Of a DNA stretch of 64,000 nucleotides, positions 1-9,318 are shown piece by piece. The DNA is from a virus (Duplodnaviria > Heunggongvirae > Uroviricota > Caudoviricetes): IMG/VR virus record IMGVR_UViG_3300043467_001216; one strand, given 5' to 3'. Numbering within the stretch: position 1 is the stretch's first letter; the number at the start of each line of letters is the position of its first letter. Made by a program: the position numbers and the translations under genes. The notes under the pieces are model-generated. The model searched no databases. It saw only the letters and a program-made list of their open reading frames with translations, and was not told the DNA's origin.

Positions 1-1
1 T

Positions 2-67
2 ATTGAGGATGATGAAGATTACTACGAAGATGGGTATGAAGATGATGAGGACGAAGATGATTATTAA
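2..67 (+). CDS. 3' end of acidic protein (partial)
   Basis: Open frame IEDDEDYYEDGYEDDEDEDDY* running in from the window edge. Confidence 0.7.
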   Translation: MEDDEDYYEDGYEDDEDEDDY

Positions 68-100
68 TCAATAAACGATATTTATAAGAAAACAAAAATT

Positions 101-664
101 ATGAACCAATATTTTTTTAAAGTAACAAACGAAGAACGTGAAAATATTTTAGATAAACATAAAACAATCTACGATGGTTATGTTACTGAATACGGACAAG
201 GTAATACATACCCAATTACAGTTCAAGACCTGGCAAATGATAAACAAGGTATAACCGTTAACAGTAGAGGTGAAGTTAGTGGGTATAAAAACTTTGGAAT
301 TAATGAGTCAATCAATGAAATGAGACATGATGGTAAATCAACAGGTTTATTTCAAGAAGAAGAAAACAACTATATGAGTGTGGGAGCACCTTTGGATATG
401 ATTGCCGATAGACAAGATGATGTTAAACACGGAACTGTAGATTTTGAAGATGATATCGAATTTTTTGATTTAGGTGATGTGTTACCGTTTGAGGATGAAG
501 ATTATGAGGGTAGTTTTGATATTTATTTTCCTGAAGATGAAAATGACGATGAAGAAGTTGTATTACATTTAGATAGTGATTTTGATGAAGATTTAATTGA
601 ACCTTTACAGGAACAATTAGATAAAACTCGTGAAATGTTCTTACGTTTTAATAAATATAATTAA
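101..664 (+). CDS. hypothetical late/virion protein
   Basis: 187 aa ORF; TATTTAT at 79-85; N-terminal VTNEERENILDKH motif shared with other late ORFs. Confidence 0.8.
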   Translation: MNQYFFKVTNEERENILDKHKTIYDGYVTEYGQGNTYPITVQDLANDKQGITVNSRGEVSGYKNFGINESINEMRHDGKSTGLFQEEENNYMSVGAPLDMIADRQDDVKHGTVDFEDDIEFFDLGDVLPFEDEDYEGSFDIYFPEDENDDEEVVLHLDSDFDEDLIEPLQEQLDKTREMFLRFNKYN

Positions 665-717
665 TTGTTTTCTTAACTTTTAATTGATATTGTTATATAT
701 ATGTTATAAAATAACTT

Positions 718-1032
718 ATGGAAATTAAAGAACTCGTAGGATATTATGTAAATGACACAAGTCAAACATTAGATGTGACGTTTAGACTTATTACAGATAA
801 TGAAGATATCATAAGAACAGACCAAATTGATTTAGATGAAGCAGAATCGTTTGGTTTAGGTTTAGAAAACAATAATACAGACCCATTTGATTCTGATGAC
901 GATGATTATTTTGCGGAAATGATTAGAAGTTATGAAAGTGATTTAGAAGTCGATGAGGATGAGGTTATCAGTTTTTTAAATGAATATTATATGGTAAACC
1001 CTAAAAGACTACCAAAACCTGAATTATTTTAA
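718..1032 (+). CDS. hypothetical acidic protein
   Basis: 104 aa ORF followed by terminator. Confidence 0.8.
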   Translation: MEIKELVGYYVNDTSQTLDVTFRLITDNEDIIRTDQIDLDEAESFGLGLENNNTDPFDSDDDDYFAEMIRSYESDLEVDEDEVISFLNEYYMVNPKRLPKPELF

Positions 1033-1035
1033 ATT

Positions 1036-1068
1036 AAAAACCCCCAATTAAGGGGGTTTATTTTTTTT
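1036..1068. terminator. bidirectional intrinsic terminator
   Basis: AAAAACCCCC-AATTAA-GGGGGTTTATTTTTTT between convergent genes. Confidence 0.8.
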
Positions 1069-1408
1069 ACCATTTTCGTTTGTCAATTAGATGACCTTCA
1101 TCATCCCATTGTTTACCCTTTCTTTTTTCACCGTTGATATAAAGGACTTCAAAGACTTTTCTACCATTGTCATTATAACAATACCAATAACCATTTTTAA
1201 CTCCATGTGAATAAGAACCTTCACCAACGACTTTTCCTGATTCATTGTATTGAGTCCATATCGAATCCTTTTTACCGTTTTGGTCTAAATAACCAACTTG
1301 TTCAATTGTGTTATTATCATATTTTAACACAACCATTGTTATTTCTTCTTGTGCCAATAAAACATAACTGATTAGAAGAAACATTACTGAGATAATATAT
1401 TTTTTCAT
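1067..1408 (-). CDS. secreted MORN-repeat (YwqK-like) protein
   Basis: Signal peptide plus repeats resembling G.W..Y...G.....G.Y..G.K.G.W. Confidence 0.75.
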   Translation of the reverse strand: MKKYIISVMFLLISYVLLAQEEITMVVLKYDNNTIEQVGYLDQNGKKDSIWTQYNESGKVVGEGSYSHGVKNGYWYCYNDNGRKVFEVLYINGEKRKGKQWDDEGHLIDKRKW

Positions 1409-1495
1409 AATGCTACTTTATTATTAAATATATTAATAAAACGTTAACAAATCAAATTTAACCTTATTTGAGTAAAATTTAATATACGTATTGAT

Positions 1496-1732
1496 ATGAA
1501 AACAGTATTATTTGCGTTGATGATTAAAATTTGGTTTTTAGATGTTCAAACCAAAGAAACTTTACCAGCCGTTAAAGTAACCACAGATAAAAAAGTTTAC
1601 TACTCAAATTTTGATGGTTATGTTACCATTCCAAATGATGAGAAAGTGTTGAAGGTAACTTATAACACCTATAAGACGGTAGAGAATGTTAATGTTGGTA
1701 ACGACACAACAATTATGTTGGTTCAACACTAA
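1496..1732 (+). CDS. small carboxypeptidase-regulatory-like domain protein
   Basis: D..TKETLPAVKV...YSNFDGYVTI...LKVTYNTYKT resembles the Bacteroidota CarboxypepD_reg-like domain. Confidence 0.55.
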   Translation: MKTVLFALMIKIWFLDVQTKETLPAVKVTTDKKVYYSNFDGYVTIPNDEKVLKVTYNTYKTVENVNVGNDTTIMLVQH

Positions 1733-1737
1733 TAAAT

Positions 1738-2247
1738 TCACGGACCTATTCTTGTTAAATAAATGGTTGCGGATTGAGCGGGACCTGAACCACCGTAGAC
1801 ACCCCAATTATTAGTAGTTCTTAATACTAAACTTTCAACACCATCGTCAATAATTTTAAAGATACGTCTTCCACCATTATCCATAGTAATATCTATATAA
1901 CCTAAATCGTAGTTAGTGTAGTGATTAATCACCGAATAAACGTATCTATCACCCCATATCACAGTTCCACTTGGTAATATATTAGGATTAAAAGAAATGA
2001 CACTATAATCTAAATGCCATCTAGTAAATCCAATTGCAATACTATCCATTGGGAATGATTCATTTGGGTTTATAAAAATATCCCCACTATAATAAACCTG
2101 TTCGTTAGGGTTTGAATTTTCAATGTTAGAATAGGTTATCTTATCTATAATATACTCACCACTTAATGATAATGTCTTTGGTTGTGAGTATTGTTTATAA
2201 CAAGATGTTAAAATAAGTAATAATGGAATTATTAATAGATGTCTCAT
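1738..2247 (-). CDS. lipoprotein (lipocalin-like)
   Basis: Lipobox LTSC after hydrophobic leader; LSGEYII motif. Confidence 0.7.
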   Translation of the reverse strand: MRHLLIIPLLLILTSCYKQYSQPKTLSLSGEYIIDKITYSNIENSNPNEQVYYSGDIFINPNESFPMDSIAIGFTRWHLDYSVISFNPNILPSGTVIWGDRYVYSVINHYTNYDLGYIDITMDNGGRRIFKIIDDGVESLVLRTTNNWGVYGGSGPAQSATIYLTRIGP

Positions 2248-2309
2248 AATTTTATTGTTTACACAAAAATATGAAAATTTTCGAATATTTATAAATAAAG
2301 TCTTCGGAT

Positions 2310-2570
2310 ATGAATAAAATTGATAAAATCATAGATATATTAAATTCCCATACATTTTTTAATGACGAATCTGATTATGATGAATTAGGGGAACAGGAGG
2401 AAGCTGCGGCCGCCCCCTCTAGTTCAAGTGGTGGTGGAGGTAAACCACCGTACCCAACAGTTACTAAATGGGAGTCAGGTGTGACAAGAGGACCTGCAAA
2501 TCAAATAGGGTTAACTAAATGGGCCGACATTGTTAAAATAAATAGAGGTAAAGCCAACACTTTATTATAA
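2310..2570 (+). CDS. hypothetical late protein
   Basis: 86 aa; TATTTATAAATA at 2286; internal repeat TKW...RG.AN. Confidence 0.75.
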   Translation: MNKIDKIIDILNSHTFFNDESDYDELGEQEEAAAAPSSSSGGGGKPPYPTVTKWESGVTRGPANQIGLTKWADIVKINRGKANTLL

Positions 2571-2609
2571 TTTTTTTGTTTTTACTAATATTTATTTATA
2601 AAAATTCAG

Positions 2610-3824
2610 ATGGGTAAATTATTAATTACAGAATCGGAAAAGAAAAATATTTTATCATTATATAATAACCAAATTATAGATGAAAGTATCGTGTTTACCG
2701 ATTGGTTATCACCTGACGAAAAATACGCAATCTTTCTTGACGAACTTTACGATATTGAAACTAAAACTAAATTAGGTAATATTTGGGAAAACTTTGATAA
2801 TTTTAAATTATTCCTTAAACATTCATTTGACGTATCTAACTTACCAAAACAAATTAAAGAAGATTTTAACCTGTCTTTTGATAAAGTATTAATTACCGAG
2901 AACATTCAAAACATTATTGAATTAAAAAATGATTTTAAACAATTAATGACTGAAGGGTTATGGAGTAGTTTTAAAAATTGGGCGGTAGAAACAGGTAAAT
3001 CAAGTTGGGAAGGGTTTAAAGAATTTGGGAAAAGTGTTTATAAAGGAACTGGTGATTTTTTTGATAAAATCTCTAAAGGTCAATGGAAAGAAGCGTTTTC
3101 AATTATAGGTAAGGGTGTTCTTTATTTAGCCAGAAAATTGAGAAGTGCAATGTATAACCCAATAGGTATGATTTTAGACGCTATATTAATAGCATCTCAA
3201 ATTGGTATTGGTGTTCAAAAAGTGGTTTGGGGTATTATTGTAGCATTAGATGTTTATGAAATAATTACAGGTAATTACGAAGAACAATTACCAATATGGC
3301 AAAGACTTTTATTTTTAGGTGTCGATATCTTAGGACTAGTATTTGCAGGTGCCGCAGCAAAATCAGCTAAAGCACCACTTAAAACCGCCCTTCAAGGTTT
3401 AGAAACCACCGAACAAGTTGCGGTTGCCGTAACTAAAAATTCTTGGTTAAAGAATCTTTTATTAAAAATTAAAAGTGGTTTAGATAGTGTTCCAGGTTTG
3501 TTGAAACAAGCCTCAGAATATTTATCAAAAAAGTTTAAACCGGCAGCCAAATTTATTGACGGAATCCTTAATGGTCTTGGTAATGTTATTAAACAAATGA
3601 CTGATTTTTTAGCGAAAGTGTTTGGTTCAACTTCTAAACTCGCTAAAGGAACTAGAGCTGGTGTTGGTACTGCCGCATTAGTTGGTGGAATTGGTACTTA
3701 TGATGAATATAATAAAGAAAAAGTTACTAACACAAAAATTCAACTCGCTGATAAAATTGTTAGTAATCCTAATCTAGCTAATAGTATAAATAACAATTTA
3801 TTACAACAATTAAATAACGTATAA
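2610..3824 (+). CDS. putative virion-packaged membrane-inserting protein
   Basis: 404 aa; LITESEKKNILSLY N-terminus; several hydrophobic helices. Confidence 0.7.
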   Translation: MGKLLITESEKKNILSLYNNQIIDESIVFTDWLSPDEKYAIFLDELYDIETKTKLGNIWENFDNFKLFLKHSFDVSNLPKQIKEDFNLSFDKVLITENIQNIIELKNDFKQLMTEGLWSSFKNWAVETGKSSWEGFKEFGKSVYKGTGDFFDKISKGQWKEAFSIIGKGVLYLARKLRSAMYNPIGMILDAILIASQIGIGVQKVVWGIIVALDVYEIITGNYEEQLPIWQRLLFLGVDILGLVFAGAAAKSAKAPLKTALQGLETTEQVAVAVTKNSWLKNLLLKIKSGLDSVPGLLKQASEYLSKKFKPAAKFIDGILNGLGNVIKQMTDFLAKVFGSTSKLAKGTRAGVGTAALVGGIGTYDEYNKEKVTNTKIQLADKIVSNPNLANSINNNLLQQLNNV

Positions 3825-3825
3825 T

Positions 3826-5016
3826 ATGAAAAATAATGAATTTATAACCAACTTTAAACTTTTAAGTGGTTATCAACCAAATAAAACTTTAACTGAAAAT
3901 ATTGAATCAATATTAGTTGTTGAAGGTATGGCGGAAACTGCAATGTCAGTTGCCCAAACTTTTAAAGACATTTTATCAAGTGAGAAAGGTTTATTTTCAC
4001 AATTTAAAAATGATATACCTGCATTTAGTAGATTTAAGAATGCTGATGAATTACTAAAAGCTCTTGAGACAGTAGGTAAAGATGGTTCAGTATTAAAAAA
4101 TACTGATATGATTAATATCGCAGCAAAGTTAAAAACAATTTCACCTGAAATTGCTTCGAAATTAAAAGGTATGATTGGTAAGTCAGATGCTATTTTAGAT
4201 ATTGCTAAAAAAGTATATCCAAATGGTGCGGTTATGGGTGCCGAAGCTAAATCATTAGAAATCGCCCAAAGATATTATAAAAAATTTGGAATTGAAGCTA
4301 AAGAAGTTGAACAAATGTTAAAGGATTCACTTCAAAAAAGTCGTGATATTAAAATAAACCCAAAAATAAATATTAAAGCAACTGAAGAAATTGTTGCAGC
4401 ATCAGGAAAGTCGGAAAAAGAAATTAAACAATTAATTAAACAAGATTCTTTCTTCGCTAAAAAGAAAAAATACTTCACTGATTTATACAGTAGATTAAAA
4501 AGTGGTGGTATCTCAAAAGAAACACTTCAACGATGGAAACAAAAAGGGTTTTTAAATAGTGCGGGAAAAATTTCTTGGAAAAAAGTTGCACTTTGGGCGG
4601 TAGCTATTGGTGTTGGATATAACGTTTTAAAAGATTTGTTAAATAAAAATGGAGTACCAATTGATAATACTGACACAGGTGGTGGAACAGGAGGTTCTGG
4701 AGGTGGAACAGGAGGTTCTGGAGGTGGAACAGGAGGTTCTGCTTTTAAAGAATGTACTGATTTCCCATATAAAAAAGGATGTAGTAGTTCTGTAGTCTCT
4801 GAAGTTCAAAAATGTTTAGGTTTAAGTGCTGATGGTAAATTCGGTTCAAAAACAGAACAAGCATTAACTGCTGGTGGATACGGTACTGAAATAACTAAAG
4901 AAGTTTACGATAAAATAAAAGAAAAATGTGGTACAGGTGGTACAACCACGACAACAACAGTACCAGCTCCTGAATTCCAACAATTGGACGTTAGAGCGAA
5001 TGAAATAACTTGGTAA
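3826..5016 (+). CDS. virion protein with TM helix and peptidoglycan-binding domain
   Basis: TM helix, Gly-rich linker, then VSEVQKCLGLSADGKFGSKTEQAL (PG_binding_1-like). Confidence 0.7.
   Translation: MKNNEFITNFKLLSGYQPNKTLTENIESILVVEGMAETAMSVAQTFKDILSSEKGLFSQFKNDIPAFSRFKNADELLKALETVGKDGSVLKNTDMINIAAKLKTISPEIASKLKGMIGKSDAILDIAKKVYPNGAVMGAEAKSLEIAQRYYKKFGIEAKEVEQMLKDSLQKSRDIKINPKINIKATEEIVAASGKSEKEIKQLIKQDSFFAKKKKYFTDLYSRLKSGGISKETLQRWKQKGFLNSAGKISWKKVALWAVAIGVGYNVLKDLLNKNGVPIDNTDTGGGTGGSGGGTGGSGGGTGGSAFKECTDFPYKKGCSSSVVSEVQKCLGLSADGKFGSKTEQALTAGGYGTEITKEVYDKIKEKCGTGGTTTTTTVPAPEFQQLDVRANEITW
4681..4740 (+). repeat. 21-nt coding tandem repeat (GGTGGSG linker)
   Basis: About 3 copies of GGTGGAACAGGAGGTTCTGGA. 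Confidence 0.9.
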
Positions 5017-5027
5017 TAAAAAAAAAT

Positions 5028-6713
5028 ATGAGAAAAATAATTTTAAAAGAAACCACAGACGTAGGTGGTACTCCAGTAACAGCTTCAGGTGATTTGAAAT
5101 CATTTTTAAGTTTATGTCCTGAAGATGCACAAGGATTATCCTTTGTATCTATGAATGGACAAGAAGTCTTAAAAAAAGAATTTCCTGGTCAAGGTTATAT
5201 GATAATCAAACCTGATTTTACTTTTGTTAAATATAACTTACCTGATAACACCGAGAAAAAAGAAAACGGTAGAGGTAGATTAGCAAAATGTCAAGCATTT
5301 ACTGAGAAAGTAACCGCACCTATGGGTCCCGATATGGCAGCTGCGGTTAATGGTTTAATTGCTAAAGACAAAACTTTAATGAGAATTGAAGATAAGGGTG
5401 TTAGAGAAGGTATTGTAACCGGTACATTTGTACCTGTTGATTTGAATACTTTGAATGCCGAAAGTAAAAAAATATTTACTGTACCAAACAAATACTTTTT
5501 ATATAGACAAAAAGGTATTGGAGGTGTTGTAGCAAATGTTAGTCCTCAAATCGCAAATTGGTTATCGGATAATAATTTTACATTAGACGAACCAACAGGT
5601 GAAAAAAAGGATGATATTGAAAGATGGAAAACTCAACAACCTTTAGTTGTTGCATTACAAAATGTACCGGGTAGTGCCGCATTTATTCCAAAAATTGAAG
5701 GTGAGTTAGGTAAAAAGAGAAGTGAGATTAATGTATATAACATCAAACTTCAAAATTTAGGAGGTATAAAACCTTTGGATAAGTTTAATAAACTTGCGGG
5801 TGAATTAGATTCTCAAAAAATTGAAAGACAAACGTGTAGAAGTGTTGTTAAGTCTTTGTCCGAAATGTCACAGTTATTTAGAAAAAATCCTGTTTTAGTA
5901 CAAAACATTAATTCAACATTATTAAATAAAATGACAGATTATGCAATGAATTGTGATTTGAAAAAGTTTTTAACAGGGGCTTTAGGTGTTGGAGATGAGA
6001 TTGCTAGATTGAAACGTGATTCTTCACCGTTTGGTTTATTAAATAAAGTTAATACGGCTCAAAATCAAGGAAATATGAACGAATCAGTTGATGATTATTT
6101 AAAATCCGTGTTACGAAAAAAATTATTTGTCTTATCTGAGAGTAAAAAAAAAAGCGTAATAACAACTAAAGAATTTAAAAATTATATAAGAACAATTGAT
6201 GAGGCGTTTGAATCATTAAATTCAGGTAAAAAAAGAATTAATGAAGATGGTCTTAAAGATATGTTATCAGGAGCGTTAGGTTATGGGGGTGAAGGTATTA
6301 TAAGTTATTTTAAAGAAAAATTAGTTAAAAGTATTATTGACAAATTTGTCCCTGGTGGTTCAAAAACTTGGTTAGGTGGTGTTGTATCAACAACAATAGG
6401 TAACATTAAAATAGGGGATTTTTTAAATGGTAACGTTTTAAAATGTGAATTTTTAGTTCCTGAATTAGCAAAAGGTATTGGTGAAAATGCTATCAACCAA
6501 TTTGCAGATAAAAAAGGATTAACAGGTGGGTTTTACGACGTATTGAGAAATTCAGTGATTGAAGTTGTTGATGACGTTCCATTTGTTGATAGTATTCAAA
6601 ATGGGTTATCAACTGTTTTATGTCCGACATTAGGTAAACTTAAAGGTGCTTTAGGAGGACTTTTTGGTAGTTTAGGTTCTGAACTTAAACAAGAAATAAT
6701 ACCAAGTAAATAA
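5028..6713 (+). CDS. hypothetical virion-associated protein
   Basis: Long ORF; ATG 5028 (MRKIILKE) preferred over TTG 5010; A10 run at 6144-6153. Confidence 0.8.
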   Translation: MRKIILKETTDVGGTPVTASGDLKSFLSLCPEDAQGLSFVSMNGQEVLKKEFPGQGYMIIKPDFTFVKYNLPDNTEKKENGRGRLAKCQAFTEKVTAPMGPDMAAAVNGLIAKDKTLMRIEDKGVREGIVTGTFVPVDLNTLNAESKKIFTVPNKYFLYRQKGIGGVVANVSPQIANWLSDNNFTLDEPTGEKKDDIERWKTQQPLVVALQNVPGSAAFIPKIEGELGKKRSEINVYNIKLQNLGGIKPLDKFNKLAGELDSQKIERQTCRSVVKSLSEMSQLFRKNPVLVQNINSTLLNKMTDYAMNCDLKKFLTGALGVGDEIARLKRDSSPFGLLNKVNTAQNQGNMNESVDDYLKSVLRKKLFVLSESKKKSVITTKEFKNYIRTIDEAFESLNSGKKRINEDGLKDMLSGALGYGGEGIISYFKEKLVKSIIDKFVPGGSKTWLGGVVSTTIGNIKIGDFLNGNVLKCEFLVPELAKGIGENAINQFADKKGLTGGFYDVLRNSVIEVVDDVPFVDSIQNGLSTVLCPTLGKLKGALGGLFGSLGSELKQEIIPSK

Positions 6714-6773
6714 AAATCTTTTAGATTTGTCTAAAAGGCTTAACACTTCAAAAGAAAGGAGAGCAAATCTAAC

Positions 6774-6800
6774 AAAAGGGTGTCGTGAGACACCTTTTTG
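6774..6800. terminator. bidirectional intrinsic terminator
   Basis: AAAAGGGTGTC-GTGA-GACACCTTTTT. Confidence 0.8.
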
Positions 6801-6802
6801 TT

Positions 6803-7294
6803 TTAATAGAAAGTTTTTTGAAATTCAACCCAAATTTCTTCAATATTAGGATTAATTACATTAGAAAATATTGATGGTTCAAATGGTTTAATTAATAATT
6901 TCATACCCGCTTCATCAGGTGTTTTATTATCCTTAACTCGATTACAACTTTTACAACAAGTAACTAAATTACTCCAAGTATTTCCCCCACCTCTTGATTT
7001 AGGTAATACGTGGTCAATGGTTAAGTTTTTAGAACTACCACAATACGCACATTTATGATTATCACGTCTAAAGACCCTGTGTCTATTTATTTTTAAAGTC
7101 CGTACTCTAAATCTAACATAAGATAATAATCTAATTATCAAAGGTCTAACAAGAGTAGTTGACCCGGCAATAATAGGTGATTCACCTGATTTCAATATTT
7201 CGGCTTTACCTTTAGTAACTAAATTAAAACCTCGTATTGTTGTAGTTACATTAATCGGTGTGTAATCAGCATTTAATACTAATACTTTGTCCAT
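6803..7294 (-). CDS. HNH endonuclease (McrA-like)
   Basis: [40 protein letters not shown]; start moved to MDKVLVLN. Confidence 0.9.
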   Translation of the reverse strand: MDKVLVLNADYTPINVTTTIRGFNLVTKGKAEILKSGESPIIAGSTTLVRPLIIRLLSYVRFRVRTLKINRHRVFRRDNHKCAYCGSSKNLTIDHVLPKSRGGGNTWSNLVTCCKSCNRVKDNKTPDEAGMKLLIKPFEPSIFSNVINPNIEEIWVEFQKTFY

Positions 7295-7402
7295 TCTAAA
7301 TAATTTTACAACTAATATAGACAAAAAAAAATAAAACTCAAATTTTGTTTTTATGTGGATTTATATTTATGTTTGTCCTATAACTTTTTAAAACAAAAAA
7401 AT

Positions 7403-7579
7403 ATGTACGTAATAATTAAGAATGTAAAGAACAAAAAAGGAATCTCAATTCCTGTTATTATTTTGAATTCAGACCACGAAGTTTGGGAATTTGATACTTA
7501 CGAAGCAGCCGAAAAAATGAAAGATATTTTCGAAACTAACTCAGATTCAGGTCATACATATTTAGTTAAAAAAATCTAA
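7403..7579 (+). CDS. hypothetical protein
   Basis: MYVIIK start after A-rich leader and TATGTTTG promoter element (7368-7375). Confidence 0.7.
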   Translation: MYVIIKNVKNKKGISIPVIILNSDHEVWEFDTYEAAEKMKDIFETNSDSGHTYLVKKI

Positions 7580-7580
7580 G

Positions 7581-7778
7581 ATGGGAAGTTTTCACGAAAT
7601 GTTAGAAGAAGAACACAGAAAATTCTGTAATTCATTAGATGGTCAATCATATATGAATATGATGAGTGAAATTAATGATTCGGAAGAATATGTTTCAGTT
7701 CCTAAAAAATTTATTGAGGACCTAAAAGATTTTGATTATTGGAAAGAATGGAAAAATAGTGATAACAATTTGGTGTGA
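7581..7778 (+). CDS. hypothetical protein
   Basis: 65 aa ORF directly after the previous one. Confidence 0.65.
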   Translation: MGSFHEMLEEEHRKFCNSLDGQSYMNMMSEINDSEEYVSVPKKFIEDLKDFDYWKEWKNSDNNLV

Positions 7779-7822
7779 TTGAATTATAATTAGTATCTTC
7801 GTTAAAATTAAAAAAAAGAGAT

Positions 7823-8371
7823 ATGAAAAAATTATTAATGTTTGGTTTGATTGGTTTATCGTTATTTAGTTGTGAAAATAATTCATCTAATTTAGATGTG
7901 TTTGATATGAAATGTATGAGTGATGGGGACACAATTGTAATACAAGGTTTGGGTGATTTCAATCAATTAGAGGTGTTAAGAATTAAAGACATTCTTGAAA
8001 GAAGATGTCACATCCCAACTAAAATTGGTGAACCACTCGAATTAACACCTGACAAATGTTATGAAGGTAAACTTAATATTGAAAAGTCTTTAATGGATTT
8101 TGACGATAACACAAATAAAATTTTGGTAACCAACACCAAGTGTTATTCAACGGTAGAAAAAAGACCTGTTGGTGGTGTTGGTGAATTGGGTGGTAATCTT
8201 ATTATAATTGGTAAAAACCCAGCTAACACAACTGAACGAGTATTAATACACGAAATGGGTCACTGTTATGGTCTTGACCACTGTGAAAACCCAACGTGTG
8301 TTATGTCACAAACTCGTGAAAATGATAACTTAAAATTAAATTTTTGTGACGATTGTCAAAAAAAGTTTTAA
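7823..8371 (+). CDS. lipoprotein zinc metalloprotease (archaemetzincin/M54-like)
   Basis: Lipobox LFSC; HEMGHCYGLDHC..PTCVM and C-terminal FCDDC. Confidence 0.85.
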   Translation: MKKLLMFGLIGLSLFSCENNSSNLDVFDMKCMSDGDTIVIQGLGDFNQLEVLRIKDILERRCHIPTKIGEPLELTPDKCYEGKLNIEKSLMDFDDNTNKILVTNTKCYSTVEKRPVGGVGELGGNLIIIGKNPANTTERVLIHEMGHCYGLDHCENPTCVMSQTRENDNLKLNFCDDCQKKF

Positions 8372-8377
8372 AAAAAC

Positions 8378-8407
8378 TTGACTACTAAAGAACTTTTACT
8401 AAATTTG
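8378..8407 (+). promoter_or_regulatory. Bacteroidota-type sigma-A promoter for leader 1
   Basis: TTGA (8378) about 18 nt upstream of TAAATTTG (8400-8407). Confidence 0.6.
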
Positions 8408-8433
8408 TTGATATATATTAAAAGAATTAAAAA

Positions 8434-8553
8434 ATGAGAACAACTGAACAACATATTAAACAAGTAAGTCAATCGAAACAGATTCGCGTGTGTAGCGTAT
8501 CGTATCCGATGTGGTTTATCACGTCATATGGTTCAGAAAACATATTAAGTTAG
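8434..8553 (+). CDS. leader peptide 1 of tRNA operon 1 (MRTTEQHIKQVSQSKQIRVCSVSYPMWFITSYGSENILS)
   Basis: 39 codons after A-rich start; codons 6-29 all read by operon-1 tRNAs; contains antiterminator strand. Confidence 0.8.
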   Translation: MRTTEQHIKQVSQSKQIRVCSVSYPMWFITSYGSENILS

Positions 8554-8612
8554 TTATAAACGTATAACAATTTGATAAGACCCCTGAACCAAAAGTTCGG
8601 GGGTTTTTTTTT
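8529..8612 (+). terminator. attenuator 1 (terminator/antiterminator)
   Basis: Terminator AGACCCCTGAAC-CAAAA-GTTCGGGGG-T9 (8578-8612); TGGTTCAG 8529-8536 complements CTGAACCA 8584-8591. Confidence 0.85.
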
Positions 8613-8621
8613 GAAATAAAA

Positions 8622-8688
8622 TTTGGAAGTTACGAAATGAAATTCGTACCTTTGACAACAGAAAAGTTCATTGACATATTGGTTTAGA
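8622..8688 (+). promoter_or_regulatory. sigma-A promoter plus boxA-like element
   Basis: TTTG 8622, TACCTTTG 8647-8654, GTTCATTGACATATTGGTTTAGA 8666-8688. Confidence 0.75.
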
Positions 8689-8695
8689 TAAATAA

Positions 8696-8782
8696 GGAGA
8701 GTATCTGGCAGGATGAAGAGCTACTCTTGAAAAGTAGTAAGACGTGTAATGGGTCTTGTGGGTTCGAGTCCCACACTCTCCT
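8696..8782 (+). tRNA. tRNA-Ser(TGA)
   Basis: GGAGAGT/ACTCTCC acceptor; CTACT-CTTGAAA-AGTAG; long variable arm; TTCGAGT. Confidence 0.9.
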
Positions 8783-8797
8783 CAAAAAAATAGAGTT

Positions 8798-8923
8798 ATG
8801 GTAAAAAGAGAAGTATTGACGGGAACATTTGAGTCAAGTAAAAGATTTTTAAGACAAGAGCCTAAAGAGGTTAAACTAAAATTCAGATTAATTAGAAAAT
8901 TAATCAAAAGGTTACATAAGTAA
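8798..8923 (+). CDS. small basic hypothetical protein (41 aa)
   Basis: MVKREVLTGTFESSKRFLRQEPKEVKLKFRLIRKLIKRLHK* fills the inter-tRNA gap. Confidence 0.5.
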   Translation: MVKREVLTGTFESSKRFLRQEPKEVKLKFRLIRKLIKRLHK

Positions 8924-8930
8924 CCATTAT

Positions 8931-9005
8931 TGTCCTGTAGGCGACGTTGGCAGAGCCACCACACTTTGAATGTGGATATCGCAGGTTCGATTCCTGCCGG
9001 GACAA
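8931..9005 (+). tRNA. tRNA-Gln(TTG)
   Basis: TGTCCTG/CGGGACA; CCACA-CTTTGAA-TGTGG. Confidence 0.92.
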
Positions 9006-9088
9006 CAATAAAACAATTAGTTATTTCACGTTAAAAGATGGTCTTATAGGCTCACGAAGGCCGTGTCAACATCAATAACTAATAAATT

Positions 9089-9161
9089 GGGTCAGTTGCC
9101 AAGTTGGTCAAGGCACTTGTCTGAAGAACAAGCAATGGGGGTTCGATTCCCTCCTGTCCCA
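9089..9161 (+). tRNA. tRNA-Phe(GAA)
   Basis: CTTGT-CTGAAGA-ACAAG; GGGGG-TTCGATT-CCCTC. Confidence 0.9.
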
Positions 9162-9241
9162 CGAGGTCCTGAATTAACAGGATACCCCCACCTCCGATAT
9201 GGCAGTCAGTCCGTTAAGCTGATGAAGTGGGGTTTTTATAT

Positions 9242-9318
9242 GGTGGCTATAGTGTTAGTGGTCGAGCACGTAAGTTTGTGGTTCTTATAGGTTGGGTTCG
9301 AATCCCAATAGTCACCCA
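9242..9318 (+). tRNA. tRNA-His(GTG)
   Basis: G-1 present; anticodon loop TTGTGGT; TTGGG-TTCGAAT-CCCAA. Confidence 0.88.

Noticed and set aside
9185-9231. Hammerhead or HDV-like (theta) ribozyme after tRNA-Phe
   Set aside because: CTGATGA is present but there is no properly placed GAAA core, and I could not build an HDV P1/P3 topology; kept only as an unassigned structure.
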